Source of the DNA: an uncultured Verrucomicrobiae bacterium
Lineage (GTDB): Bacteria > Verrucomicrobiota > Verrucomicrobiia > Limisphaerales > Palsa-1400
Direction: 5' to 3'
Length of the DNA stretch: 64,000 nt
Assembly: GCA_963764165.1 (NCBI GenBank)
Contig: CAVXRD010000003.1
Location: 192,001-256,000 of the forward strand
Shown here: one piece after another, positions 47,485 through 57,591 of the stretch
How the letters are laid out: each line of letters starts with the position of its first letter
How positions within the stretch are numbered: position 1 is the stretch's first letter
Notes under the pieces: model-generated
The model's input: the letters and a program-made list of their open reading frames with translations, nothing else
Databases searched by the model: none
Told to the model about the DNA's origin: nothing
Program-made: the position numbers and the translations under genes

Positions 47485-49166
47485 GCAAACCGGAATCCAA
47501 CCTACTCCTCGAAATCGGCCACACCACGTTTCATGCGGCCTGCGGCGCGGATTCGTTCGCTCTTCCCCTTGAGCGCAACGCAAACGGCCGCCTCACAGAA
47601 GCCTGCCGGGAACGGCTGTCGAGCGGCCTCAAGGCATTTGTCGCACAAAAAGCCCGTGGCGCTAAAAATGCCTGGTGCGCCGTCAATGCGCGCGGCGTGT
47701 CCATGCGGCGCCTGAGCCTTCCAGCGTCCTCGCCTGATGAGCTTCAGCGCGTGCTGCAATTGCAGATCGAGAGCGAATTTCCAATCTCCCCCGAGGAATT
47801 GGCTTGGGGCACGCAGCCGCTGGGCAGCAATGCCGGACGGCAGGATGTGCTGGTGGTGGCTGTCAAGAAGGATGCCCTGGAAGAATGCAGTGCCATTTTC
47901 GGTGACTGCGGCCTGGTCGCCCGTTTCACCCTCGCCGCTCTCGCCCGCGCGGAGATTCAGAAGCCGCCGGGCGGCCTGGGGAGCGCCGCCATTCTGGACA
48001 TCGGGCGCGACTTTTCCGAGCTGCTGATATTTGACAACGGCGCGCCTGCGTCGGTGCGCGTCATACCGTGGGGCGGCGGCCACGTCACCCGCGCCATCCA
48101 GGAGAGGCTTTCCATCAGCCACGACGAAGCCGAGAAATTAAAGTTGACGCTTCAGCAGCCCGGGAGCGGGGCTGGCGGCCAGTCTCCCGTCATCCAAGGC
48201 GCGATTGAAGAGGCGGAAGCGGCCCTGGCGCGGAGCCTCAAGTTTCTTCCGGCCGGGACGCGACTTTATTTGACAGGCAAAAGCGCGCGGCAGGCCCAAA
48301 TGGCGCCAACGCTGGGCGCTGCGCTCGGCGGAATCCGGTGCGAGAGTCTCGAAAGCGCTCAATCCCCTTCCCCAACCGCCGCCATTGCGGGGCTTGCAAA
48401 AATGATTGCCCGGCCAGACACATCGCCGGTTCTGGTCTTGCAGGCGGGCGGCGGCCAGCTTGCGGCTGCCGCGCCCCGCTCCGCCGTTTGGAAATGGGCG
48501 GCAGCCGCTGTTTTTCTTGCCCTCGCCACCCTGCTTTTTCCTTACGCGGAAGCCATCGCCCTCAAACCCTTCCTCGAAAAAAAGCTGGCGAAGCTGGAAG
48601 CAGATCGCGGGCGCCTCGCTGTCATCGATCAGGAGTTGGATTTTCTGAAATTTGTCAAACAGAACCAGCCGCCCTATTTTGACGCCATTTATCTGCTGGT
48701 CCGTTCGGCTCCCCAGGGAGCCCGCCTGAACAGCCTGGCCATGGGACGGCACCAGGATCTTTCCATGAGCTTTCGTTTCGGAAACTCCGCGCAAGTCAGC
48801 GATTTTCGAACGAAGCTCATCGAGTCTGGCTGGTTTGCCAATGTCATGGTTGAGGAGCAGAGCCAGCCGCAGCAGGATCGCTCTGTAAACGTACGCATGA
48901 CGGCGGCATTAAAACCCGCCGAGGAGCGCAGGCCAATCCCGACCAATGCCGTTGACAAAGCCGCGGGCAGCGGCAGCGGATGGGGGGGGCCGCAATATTC
49001 AGATTCGCAGCCGCCGCCGATGATGATGCCCCCTCCGTCTGCGGCGCCCATGCCGGCCCCGGCACCGTCCGCAGGGCCCGCTCCAATGACACCGCCCGGC
49101 CCGCTGCCGGGCAACGGGGCCGCCGCCCGCAGACGCGCTCGCCCCCCCATTCCACCAAACCCATGA
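47481..49166 (+). CDS. GspL/PilM-PilN-like assembly protein (actin-like domain + TM, Pro-rich tail)
   Basis: ILDIG, PWGGGHVT..I...EAEKLK, LYLTG; TM then periplasmic domain. Confidence 0.75.
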   Translation: MSKPESNLLLEIGHTTFHAACGADSFALPLERNANGRLTEACRERLSSGLKAFVAQKARGAKNAWCAVNARGVSMRRLSLPASSPDELQRVLQLQIESEFPISPEELAWGTQPLGSNAGRQDVLVVAVKKDALEECSAIFGDCGLVARFTLAALARAEIQKPPGGLGSAAILDIGRDFSELLIFDNGAPASVRVIPWGGGHVTRAIQERLSISHDEAEKLKLTLQQPGSGAGGQSPVIQGAIEEAEAALARSLKFLPAGTRLYLTGKSARQAQMAPTLGAALGGIRCESLESAQSPSPTAAIAGLAKMIARPDTSPVLVLQAGGGQLAAAAPRSAVWKWAAAAVFLALATLLFPYAEAIALKPFLEKKLAKLEADRGRLAVIDQELDFLKFVKQNQPPYFDAIYLLVRSAPQGARLNSLAMGRHQDLSMSFRFGNSAQVSDFRTKLIESGWFANVMVEEQSQPQQDRSVNVRMTAALKPAEERRPIPTNAVDKAAGSGSGWGGPQYSDSQPPPMMMPPPSAAPMPAPAPSAGPAPMTPPGPLPGNGAAARRRARPPIPPNP

Positions 49167-49729
49167 GCCGCCCCATCACAGAAAAAGACAAACGGACGAT
49201 TCGCCTTGCGGCAATCGGTGTGTGCATTTACCTGGCGCTTTTTTACGGGCCAGCCGCGCGAAATTACCTGGTCGGCAAACGCGAGGCTTACGATGCGCTT
49301 CTTCAACAGGAGCGCGAGCTTCGTGATCTTATCAAGCCCTATGAATCGCGGCGCGAGACGGCGGAGACTCTCATGGAGCATTTCCAAATGGACCCCGCCA
49401 AGCTCAAGCACAATTCCGTCCTGGCCGAGGCCAATGCGGCCATTCAAATGGCGGCGGCCTCCGAAGGCGTCGGCGTCGGGCCCGTGCGCGAGTCGGTCGG
49501 GCGGCCGTCTGCCAAAGAAGCGGGAACCATTCAATTCGAGGGCGGCGGATCCATCACCTCGGTGCTCTCGCTCCTGCATCATCTCGAGCGCGTGGGTTAT
49601 CCCGTTGTTATTGACACCATCCAATTCGCCCCTTCCGGCGGCATGCCCAGCGGCCTCAAGGTCACGGTGACGCTGATTGTGTTCGACTTCGACGAATGGA
49701 AGCCGAAGGAGGAAAAATCGCATGCTTAA
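49163..49729 (+). CDS. GspM/PilO-like bitopic protein
   Basis: TEKDKR + single TM; operon position; ATGA overlap. Confidence 0.65.
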   Translation: MSRPITEKDKRTIRLAAIGVCIYLALFYGPAARNYLVGKREAYDALLQQERELRDLIKPYESRRETAETLMEHFQMDPAKLKHNSVLAEANAAIQMAAASEGVGVGPVRESVGRPSAKEAGTIQFEGGGSITSVLSLLHHLERVGYPVVIDTIQFAPSGGMPSGLKVTVTLIVFDFDEWKPKEEKSHA

Positions 49730-50633
49730 GCGCTACGAGCGGCCGTTGAAAATTGTCTGCCTTGGCCTGGCCGCGCTTCTGGTCTGGCAGATGGCAAACG
49801 CGGTGTTTACAGCCGACCCGCTGAAGAATTTGAAGGTCCCTGAGTTGCCGACGCTCAGTTCCGCCACCAACTCCGCAGACAAGAATGGGAGCAAGGGGGC
49901 GAATGGGACTAATGTGATGGTTGCTTCGAAGGACTCGACCAATAAGACGGCCACGAATATCGCAAAGGCCACCGGAGTGACCGCTGGCACGAATACGACG
50001 AACGCTCTCGCCGTTTCTACAACGAACCTTGCTGCAACGAACCTTGCTGCAACGAACCTTGCTGCAACGAACCTTGCTTCAACGAAAGCGGCGCGAAAAT
50101 TGCCGTCCGGCATGACGCCCGAAATGCTGGCTGGCATGCCTCCAGAAGCCATGGCGCAAATGATGGGCGGCGGTGGCAACCCCATGAACGGCTCCGGCGG
50201 CGCCGGACGGCCAGGCCGGCCTAAAAAAATGGAATTGCCCAAGGAGATGAAGGCGCGGCTTAGCGCTATTATTGACAGCGAAGTTCTCGGCCAGGTGATG
50301 CACCCGATGCCAATGATGCTGCAGGGCATAGTGGAGGATGAGGCCTTCATTCAGGCGACCAATGGGCAGTCTGGGCCGGTTAAGATCGGCGCGGAGATGG
50401 CTGGCGTAAAACTGCTCCGCATCGGAGTGAACCGAGTTTTGGTGGATGACCATGGCGAGAAAAAGGAACTCATGATTTTTGGCGGCGCCGGAGGGGAGAG
50501 CCTCATGCCTATTGAGCCGCCTGCCGCCGCGCCCTCAACTAACTCCACCGCGACTAATTCCATTTCCACCGCCAAAACCAAATCCCGCGCCACCAACGAC
50601 ACCCTTTCGATCAAAAACAAGGAGACCCCATAA
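49722..50633 (+). CDS. GspC-like bitopic protein with low-complexity linker
   Basis: N-terminal TM; LQGI...AFI...GVKLLRIGVNRVLV HR-like domain; precedes secretin. Confidence 0.55.
   Translation: MLKRYERPLKIVCLGLAALLVWQMANAVFTADPLKNLKVPELPTLSSATNSADKNGSKGANGTNVMVASKDSTNKTATNIAKATGVTAGTNTTNALAVSTTNLAATNLAATNLAATNLASTKAARKLPSGMTPEMLAGMPPEAMAQMMGGGGNPMNGSGGAGRPGRPKKMELPKEMKARLSAIIDSEVLGQVMHPMPMMLQGIVEDEAFIQATNGQSGPVKIGAEMAGVKLLRIGVNRVLVDDHGEKKELMIFGGAGGESLMPIEPPAAAPSTNSTATNSISTAKTKSRATNDTLSIKNKETP
50020..50086 (+). repeat. 15-bp tandem repeat x4.5 (CAACGAACCTTGCTG) encoding TNLAA
   Basis: Directly visible. Confidence 0.95.
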
Positions 50634-53440
50634 TGCAATCATCCAAGCGTCCACTGTTAAAATTCTTTTTGCCCGCAGCCATGCTGCTCATTTGTCTGGC
50701 GGCCGTCATTTTCGCGCAAACCGCGCCGCCCGATGCCGCCGCGCCAACTCCCCTGCCCGCCATCAACGCCGCGACGACCAATGCCTCCGGCACCAACGCA
50801 GCGGCCGCCCCAACCAACGCTCCAGCCGGCACCAACAGCCCCGCGCCGGAGCCCAAAAAGCTGCCCACCGACATGATCCAGTTGAGTTTCCAAAACATGC
50901 AGATTGACCAGGTCATCCAATGGCTTTCGGAAAACACGGGCAAGAGCGTTGTCAAACATCCAAGCGTGCATAGCCAGGTGACCATCATCTCCACGAAGAA
51001 GGTCACGCGAAGCGAGGCAGTCACCATGGTTTACCGCGCGCTGGATATGGAGGGTTTCACAGCCATCGAGACGGATACATCCATCCTTATCGTGCCGACC
51101 GATCAGGAATCAAAATTGAGCCTGAGTCCGCAACTGTCGACCACGACCAACGCCCTTCCCGGCGGGCATCAACGGTTGGTGCGAGTGTTTCCCCTGAAGC
51201 ATCTTCCGGCCGCCGACATCACTGAGAAGGTGAAAACAGTTCTTTCAAAAGAGGCAGTCGTCGTGACAGATGATCGCGCAAACGTTCTCATCATCACTGA
51301 TTACAACGACAACCTGGCGGTGGCGGCCGCGCTGATCGGGGCTTTGGACGTCGAGAAAAATGAGGATGTGATTGTGCGCGCCATCCCGCTGAAGACCGTC
51401 AATGCCACCGAGGTCGTCAAACAACTCCAGCCGCTATACCAAAAGCTGACCGGACGGCAATCGCGCGAGCTGATCGAAGTCTCAGCCAGCGAGACTGGGA
51501 ACAATATCATGGTGCTCTCGAGCGCCGCCAATTTTAAGGAAATTCAAAGCCTCGTCAATTCGCTTGACACGCAAGACGCCCAGGACAAAATCATGCGCAC
51601 CTTCGAGCTCAAAAACGCGGATGCCGAAGATGTCGCCAAGCAATTGACGGATCTGTCTAAAGATTCGGACAACAGCGGCGGCCCGTATCGGATGTTTTTC
51701 TACGGAGGCGGTGGTGGTGGCGGCAGCAGTAAGAAACTCAGCTTTGTGGCCGACCGCCGCAGGAATGCCATCGTGGTGCAAGGCCCGCCGTCTGTCATGG
51801 AGGGCATTTCCAACACCATCGCGGCCCTCGACCTTCCCGTCAACGATAACAGCCTCGCCCCGAAAATTGTGCCGATTGAAAATGTCAGCGCGGGTGATGT
51901 TGAAGATGTCCTCAACGACCTGTTCCTGAAAAAGACGACGCAGCGCTCCTATTATTGGGACGATACGCCGCCGGAACCGGACAAAAATGTCGGACGCCTC
52001 TACGGAAAAGTCCGCGTCAGCAGCGAAGCCGCCGCCAATGCGCTCATCATCACCGCCAATTCGCAGGAGAACCTGGATGCCGTCATCGCCATCGTCAAGG
52101 AACTCGACAAGCCGTCGTCGGCCGGAGACACGACTTACCACGTCCGCCTGAAGTTCGGAAACGCGCAGAAAATCGCCAATCGCATCAACATACTGTTCGC
52201 CAAGAATGGCTCGCAAGCGTTGCGCCCGGTGAACCAGCCAAATGCCAACGGCGCCAACTCTCAGCCCCAGCAGCCACAAAACACCGGGACGCAAACCACG
52301 CCCTCAGCGGATGATTTTTCGCTGGAACAGGTCGTGAAGGAAGATCCGTATTACTCATGGCTGGGCGGCGCGCCGGATGTCACCGGCCGGAACGGCTCGT
52401 CTAGCAGCTCGACCGAGCGCCCTGTCAGCGACCTGGTCGGGCACGTGCGTGTTGTTCCGGACGAGGCCAGCAGTTCGCTGCTCGTGACGGCCAACGTTCA
52501 TCTGTACACGCAAGTCAGCAAAATGATCGAGGACATGGACGTTCCGCCGCCGCAAGTTCTCATTGACGCGCGGTTGGTCCAGATATCCGCCAACTACCTT
52601 GACCAGATTGGCGTTCGCTACTCACCCAACGGCGGCGAGGTTTTCAGCGGGAACGACTATCAAAATTCACTCATGCCGCACCTCGGCGGGACTTACACCA
52701 AGGGCTTCGGCGGAAATACGACTGTGAACAATGCCGGCTCCGGCTCAACGCTCACCGGATCGGGCATTACCGAGGCGCTGACCAGCATGCGCTCCGGCGT
52801 CCTTGACGGCACGATCAGCATGGATTTCCTCATCCAATTCCTCCAGCAAAAGGCCGACGCCACCATTGTTTCCGAGCCGCAGCTCACCATTTCCGACAAC
52901 GACATGGGAAAGCTTTTTGTCGGGCAATCGGTTCCGATTGTCACCGGCAGCGTGAATCCATCGCTGGGCGGCAGTTCCGCCACGTTCACATATCGCAACG
53001 TGGGCGTGATTGTGGAAGTTGAGCCGCACATCAACGACGCCGGTGATGTTCAATTGCGCGTTCGGGCGGAATCCTCCACGCTCGATCCGGTGCTGATTGG
53101 CTCCAACGCTGTGATTGATTCGGCCCAGTTCCGCACCGAAGTGACCGCCAAAGCCGGCCAGACGCTGGTGCTCGGCGGCATCATGCAAAATCAAACGACC
53201 GACAACATCTATAAAACGCCGATTCTGGGAGACATCCCTGGACTGAAATATCTTTTCAGCAAGCACGACAAATCCATCAAGAAAACGGAATTATTGGTCT
53301 TCCTGCGCCCGAAGGTGGTTCGCACCCCTGAGCAAGCGCGCCTGCTTCTGGAAGAATCCCGCAAATCGATGCAGATGATCTACGACTGGGAGAAAAAAGA
53401 AGACAAACGCCTGAACCAAGACAAGCCGCCGACCCAGTAG
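50633..53440 (+). CDS. gspD: Secretin GspD
   Basis: Signal peptide, multiple N-domains (DxRxNxLII), QVLIDARLV, GQTLVLGGI, PILGDIPGLKYLF, ELLVFLRP. Confidence 0.93.
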   Translation: MQSSKRPLLKFFLPAAMLLICLAAVIFAQTAPPDAAAPTPLPAINAATTNASGTNAAAAPTNAPAGTNSPAPEPKKLPTDMIQLSFQNMQIDQVIQWLSENTGKSVVKHPSVHSQVTIISTKKVTRSEAVTMVYRALDMEGFTAIETDTSILIVPTDQESKLSLSPQLSTTTNALPGGHQRLVRVFPLKHLPAADITEKVKTVLSKEAVVVTDDRANVLIITDYNDNLAVAAALIGALDVEKNEDVIVRAIPLKTVNATEVVKQLQPLYQKLTGRQSRELIEVSASETGNNIMVLSSAANFKEIQSLVNSLDTQDAQDKIMRTFELKNADAEDVAKQLTDLSKDSDNSGGPYRMFFYGGGGGGGSSKKLSFVADRRRNAIVVQGPPSVMEGISNTIAALDLPVNDNSLAPKIVPIENVSAGDVEDVLNDLFLKKTTQRSYYWDDTPPEPDKNVGRLYGKVRVSSEAAANALIITANSQENLDAVIAIVKELDKPSSAGDTTYHVRLKFGNAQKIANRINILFAKNGSQALRPVNQPNANGANSQPQQPQNTGTQTTPSADDFSLEQVVKEDPYYSWLGGAPDVTGRNGSSSSSTERPVSDLVGHVRVVPDEASSSLLVTANVHLYTQVSKMIEDMDVPPPQVLIDARLVQISANYLDQIGVRYSPNGGEVFSGNDYQNSLMPHLGGTYTKGFGGNTTVNNAGSGSTLTGSGITEALTSMRSGVLDGTISMDFLIQFLQQKADATIVSEPQLTISDNDMGKLFVGQSVPIVTGSVNPSLGGSSATFTYRNVGVIVEVEPHINDAGDVQLRVRAESSTLDPVLIGSNAVIDSAQFRTEVTAKAGQTLVLGGIMQNQTTDNIYKTPILGDIPGLKYLFSKHDKSIKKTELLVFLRPKVVRTPEQARLLLEESRKSMQMIYDWEKKEDKRLNQDKPPTQ

Positions 53441-53503
53441 CAGCCGGGCGAATGATTGGCGGGACCAATCCAGCGGGCGCGCCACTGGGTTATTTGGTGA
53501 TTA

Positions 53504-54256
53504 ATGAAATCATACTCCACTCGAAACGAGGCATTCACTTATGTGGAGTTGATTATTGTCGTTGCCGTGGTGCTTGTCCTGCTGAGTTTGATTCGCACCT
53601 TTCACTTCGCGACGGCGCGCTCACCACGGATAGCATGTATAAACAATCTAAAACAGATCGGCACCGCCTATCGCATTTGGTCAAACGATCATAACGATCG
53701 ATATCCCGCTTTGGAGCCTGTGACCAACGGCGGCTGGAGCGACTTCCTGAAAAAAGCCAATGAAGGATACTCGTGCTGGATAAATTATGCAGTCATGTCC
53801 AACGAACTTGGCGAATCCACAAAGGTTCTCGTCTGTCCCGCCGATGAGCGCAAACCCGCCGGCGAATTTAGCAATTTCACTTCAAACATACATCTGTCAT
53901 ATCTTGTCGGGGCCAGCGCGGACGGCACCTATCCCCAATCACTGCTTAGTGGAGACCGCAATTTAGGCGCGGGAACCAATGCTGACAAAGATTTCGGTTT
54001 TTCTCCAGACGATGGCAGGGGAAATGATGTTTCCATAGCGACAAACTCCAAGTCTGGCCCGGTTTGTTGGTCTTTGCGAATGCATTCAGGAGGCGATTCC
54101 GCTGGCGCGGGAAATATCCTCATGGGAGATGGAAGCGCGCAGCAAGTCAGCTCTGGCAGCCTGCGCGTCAATTGGCAGCCTCACTTTGAACCGACTACAA
54201 ATTGGCCCACCGGCCGCATTCCCCTGTCCCCTTCCATCCGCGTCCTTTTTCCATGA
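53504..54256 (+). CDS. Prepilin-type protein of the PVC H-X9-DG-like family
   Basis: AF-TYVELIIVV; CINNLKQIG; CPAD; H...GNILMGDGS. Confidence 0.85.
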   Translation: MKSYSTRNEAFTYVELIIVVAVVLVLLSLIRTFHFATARSPRIACINNLKQIGTAYRIWSNDHNDRYPALEPVTNGGWSDFLKKANEGYSCWINYAVMSNELGESTKVLVCPADERKPAGEFSNFTSNIHLSYLVGASADGTYPQSLLSGDRNLGAGTNADKDFGFSPDDGRGNDVSIATNSKSGPVCWSLRMHSGGDSAGAGNILMGDGSAQQVSSGSLRVNWQPHFEPTTNWPTGRIPLSPSIRVLFP

Positions 54257-54264
54257 TCTGAACT

Positions 54265-54327
54265 GGTGTCCATGCCCAGCTTGATGACTTTGAGCGCAAC
54301 GCGCCACCGCACCGGCTCCGTTTGTTC
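54265..54327 (-). pseudogene. 21-codon relic of a Ser/Thr kinase gene
   Basis: EQTEPVRWRVALKVIKLGMDT, resembling kinase subdomain II of PVC kinases. Confidence 0.6.
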
Positions 54328-54371
54328 CGGGACAGTTGACAATAGATAGCATCTATTCATCAATGAGGACG

Positions 54372-54466
54372 ATGAATATCGCGTTGACCAACGCTTTGAA
54401 GAATTGATCGCGCAATTGATTGCCAGCGGGCGTTACAACAATTCCAGCGAGGTGGTTCGCGCTGGC
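54372..54466 (+). pseudogene. Frameshifted, truncated ParD-like (ribbon-helix-helix) antitoxin
   Basis: MNIALT / (1-bp shift) RFEELIAQLIASGRYNNSSEVVRAG; promoter TTGACA at 54336 with operator AATAGAT-AGC-ATCTATT. Confidence 0.7.
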
Positions 54467-55399
54467 TTTGCCGAGGCGGGTCCGAACCCGGCGGTCGTCA
54501 AAAGCCATCCAGATCGCGTGGCCCGCGCTCCGTTGGTCAGCGTGTTGATCTGTTCCAGCCAGAGGGCAGGCCGTCCCGCGCGCGATGCTGAAAATTCCGC
54601 TCCTTGGAAGCTTATAAGAAGGAATCGACGCGGAGGTTTTACGTTTGTTGAATTGCTCACGACTATTGGCGTCATTGGAGTGTTGGCCGCACTTGTTCTC
54701 GCGGCCTTGTCGAGAGCGAAAGCTCAAGGTCAAAGCGTTGTGTGCAAAAACAACCTGAGTCAGACCGGACGGGCTTTGGAGATGTTCCTTTCTGACAATA
54801 ATAGTTATCCCTCCGCTTGGGACGACCAGAATTCAATGAAAATATGGGAAGATCAATTAGGCCCTTACAATCCTCTCGTGTGGACGAACGTTTCCTGGCA
54901 CTGCCCAGCGTATATCGCCAACCGCGGCGTTGTCGGGCGGTTCCCTGATAAGCTCAACTCGTGGCTATGGACAAGTTACTCCTACAACAGCTTCGGCATC
55001 GGAGGCTGGCAAGGCAGCCGGAATCTCGGCTTGGGCGTTATCCCCCGCAACACTCCACGCGAGCAGCAAGTCGTGGCGCCGGCGGAGATGTACGCGATAG
55101 CGGATGCCAGAGAGCGTTTCGTTCCGGGCACGGACTACATAGGCGGCACGCAATGGATGGATCCCTATAACACGCTTGGCGTCGGCGGAATTCAAGGCGC
55201 TGGCGGCACAGTTCACGCGGCGGAGGAAGCCCCACCCCACGCTCAGGGCTACAATATGCTCTTCTGTGACACGCATGTGGCTTTGGTCAAGCGCAAGGAT
55301 TATTTGTATCCCCCGCGAACAGCGTCCCACTGGAACCGCGACAACCAACCGCATCCAGAAGCGTGGCCTGCCACCAATCAATGGGCCGTGCAAAACTAA
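54404..55399 (+). CDS. Prepilin-type H-X9-DG-like protein; true start uncertain
   Basis: RRGGF-TFVELL; CKNNLSQ; CPAY; SYSYN; HAQGYNMLFCDTHV. Confidence 0.8.
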   Translation: MIAQLIASGRYNNSSEVVRAGFAEAGPNPAVVKSHPDRVARAPLVSVLICSSQRAGRPARDAENSAPWKLIRRNRRGGFTFVELLTTIGVIGVLAALVLAALSRAKAQGQSVVCKNNLSQTGRALEMFLSDNNSYPSAWDDQNSMKIWEDQLGPYNPLVWTNVSWHCPAYIANRGVVGRFPDKLNSWLWTSYSYNSFGIGGWQGSRNLGLGVIPRNTPREQQVVAPAEMYAIADARERFVPGTDYIGGTQWMDPYNTLGVGGIQGAGGTVHAAEEAPPHAQGYNMLFCDTHVALVKRKDYLYPPRTASHWNRDNQPHPEAWPATNQWAVQN

Positions 55400-55447
55400 G
55401 GCGGCAACATTATTATTGTCCCCTTTCGGGCTCCGGCAGACATTCAT

Positions 55448-57106
55448 ATGCAAATGCAGTTGCCGGATGACATGGAATTGCTGGAGGAATACGCGTTGCG
55501 CGGGGCGGAGGACGCCTTCGCCGCGTTGGTCTCCCGGCATGTCAACCTGGTTTATTCGGTCGCGATGCGGCAACTCGGAAATCAGCACGACGCACAAGAG
55601 GTGACTCAAGCGGTCTTCATCATTTTGGCGAAAAAATCCAAGTCCCTGCGGCGTGAAGTCGCACTCGCCCGGTGGTTGTTTCAGACTGCGAGACTTACGG
55701 CGGCGAATTACCTCAGAAGCGAAATCCGGCGAATCCATCGCGAACAAGGAGCTTGCATGCAATCCACTTTGCACGAAACGGACGATGCCTCGTGGAAACA
55801 GGTGGCTCCTTTTCTCAACGATGCCATCGCCAGCCTTGGCGAAAAAGATCGCAACGCCATTGTGCTTCGATACCTCCAAGGTAAGAGTTTGAAGGAAGTT
55901 GGCGTGGATTTGGGCTGGTCCGAAGAGGCCGCCAAGAAGCGAGTTTCGCGAGCGGTGGAAAAGCTGCGCCATTTCTTTGGCCAGCGCGGCGTGACACTTT
56001 CAGGCGCGGCGGTAGCCGGATGCATCACCAACCACTCGGTGAAAGCGGCGCCAGCGGGACTGGCGGTTCTAGCCACCGCCGCCGCAATCAAAGGAACCAC
56101 CGTGACGGCGTCAACAACCACCATGGTAAAAGGAACATTGAAATTTATGGCATGGACAAAGGCAAAATTTGCGGTGGGCGCCGCCGTCGCGGCATTGGTG
56201 GCGATTCAATCGTACGAAATGGCGAGGCAGAACAAACAATTGGCGGTGTTGCGCGAGCAAGCGCAAGCGCAAAGCGCGAAACCCGCCGCCGAACCAGCCG
56301 AGGCGGACAACCTTGAATTGGGGCAGCTTCGCGCAGAGAATGTGACTTTGAGCAACGAGGTTTTTATGCTTCATAAAAAATTGGCGATTGCAAGGTCATC
56401 GGTGGCAGCACCGCCGATTGCTGAAGCCAAACCAGCGGCAAACAATCCTGTCGAGGACGTTGGCCGTCAACTGGGATTAGCCGTCGCTTCCGGCGAGCCA
56501 CAGTCGTTGGAAAAATTGCGGGCGCTTGCCAAGGCGGAGGTAGAGTCGTTTAACTCCAAAAGCGTCGGAATGAACGACACGGAGCGCGGCGACCTTGCCC
56601 GCGACACCTTTGCTCCGCTCCGCGCCGCTTTTGACGTGCTGACGGAGGAAGCGGTGAAAGGGAATCCGACCGCGCTCCACGCGATCTCAATCGCAATCCA
56701 TTACCCGGAGCTGGAAGGCGACGCGGTTGAAGCGGTTGGCGTCCCCGCCGGAAATGGGGACGAGGCCGCGCTGCAATTGCTGCTCCACCCAACCCAGTAT
56801 CAAATCCTGCTCTCCAGCGCCGTCGGCGCATTAAAGATGGCGGCCGACAACGGAAATCAAAAGGCAATTGATTCGCTGGCCGCAGTGGCCGCCGATCCGA
56901 CCCAACAAGCCTTGTGGTATATGGCAGCGGACGGTTTGCGCAACGCGGCCGCCGCCCAGAATCCGGCTGCGGTCGACGCTCTGGTTGGCATGTCGCGATA
57001 CACGAACCCAAGCGTGCGAAGAGCCGTCATCTCCGGCCTGCAACAAGCATCCGCAAACCAAAATGTCGCCGCTACCGAAGCCCTGCGCCAGATGAACGCG
57101 CAATAA
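55448..57106 (+). CDS. ECF sigma factor with TM helix and C-terminal helical (HEAT-like) extension
   Basis: AFAALVSRHVNLVYSVA, AQEVTQAVF, WLF, AAKKRVSRAVEKLR; TM at KFAVGAAVAALVAI; upstream TGTCC-17-GACAT. Confidence 0.88.
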   Translation: MQMQLPDDMELLEEYALRGAEDAFAALVSRHVNLVYSVAMRQLGNQHDAQEVTQAVFIILAKKSKSLRREVALARWLFQTARLTAANYLRSEIRRIHREQGACMQSTLHETDDASWKQVAPFLNDAIASLGEKDRNAIVLRYLQGKSLKEVGVDLGWSEEAAKKRVSRAVEKLRHFFGQRGVTLSGAAVAGCITNHSVKAAPAGLAVLATAAAIKGTTVTASTTTMVKGTLKFMAWTKAKFAVGAAVAALVAIQSYEMARQNKQLAVLREQAQAQSAKPAAEPAEADNLELGQLRAENVTLSNEVFMLHKKLAIARSSVAAPPIAEAKPAANNPVEDVGRQLGLAVASGEPQSLEKLRALAKAEVESFNSKSVGMNDTERGDLARDTFAPLRAAFDVLTEEAVKGNPTALHAISIAIHYPELEGDAVEAVGVPAGNGDEAALQLLLHPTQYQILLSSAVGALKMAADNGNQKAIDSLAAVAADPTQQALWYMAADGLRNAAAAQNPAAVDALVGMSRYTNPSVRRAVISGLQQASANQNVAATEALRQMNAQ

Positions 57107-57190
57107 TCGCGAACAGACGAATGGAAACGGAGCCAGAATGAAATTTCGGCGAACGGGGCCAGCCGCCGGTTCTTCCCGTAAAATAAATAT

Positions 57191-57286
57191 TTGAACAGGA
57201 GAAAGACCGAGGGCGCAGAGAAGGAAAAACGATTGTTGTGGAAACGGGCCGTTTTTCTCCGCGTCCTCGGTTTTCCTCCTGTTCAA
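57191..57286. repeat. Long imperfect inverted repeat TTGAACAGGAG...CTCCTGTTCAA; related half at ~33413-33441
   Basis: About 32-bp arms. Confidence 0.75.
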
Positions 57287-57360
57287 TTTCCGGCTCGGGC
57301 AGGTCCCCTTTATAGAGCACGCTCCCTTGACCAGTATCCATGGGGTGGCACAGTTGGGAC

Positions 57361-57591
57361 ATGACTGTGCTTTTTCGATGTCGTGTTGAGAAACCGTTGC
57401 TGGCCAAGGCCAATGCCGTGACCAAATCTCTCGGCACTTCCACCGCCGAGATGTTTCGTGTGTTCGTCGCCGAAATTGCCCGCACAGGCAAAGTCCCTGT
57501 TAATCTGAAAGTTTCAGAAAGCGACGCTTTGGTGGACGTCCCGCGGCGCAACAAAATCTGGAGCCAGCTCGATGACGCCCAAAGTTGGTGA
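57361..57591 (+). CDS. RelB/DinJ-like antitoxin
   Basis: FRCRVEKPLLAKANAVTKSLGTSTAEMFRVFVAEIARTGKVP; promoter TTGACC-16-CACAGT-6-ATG with operator GCACAGT/ACTGTGC. Confidence 0.8.
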   Translation: MTVLFRCRVEKPLLAKANAVTKSLGTSTAEMFRVFVAEIARTGKVPVNLKVSESDALVDVPRRNKIWSQLDDAQSW

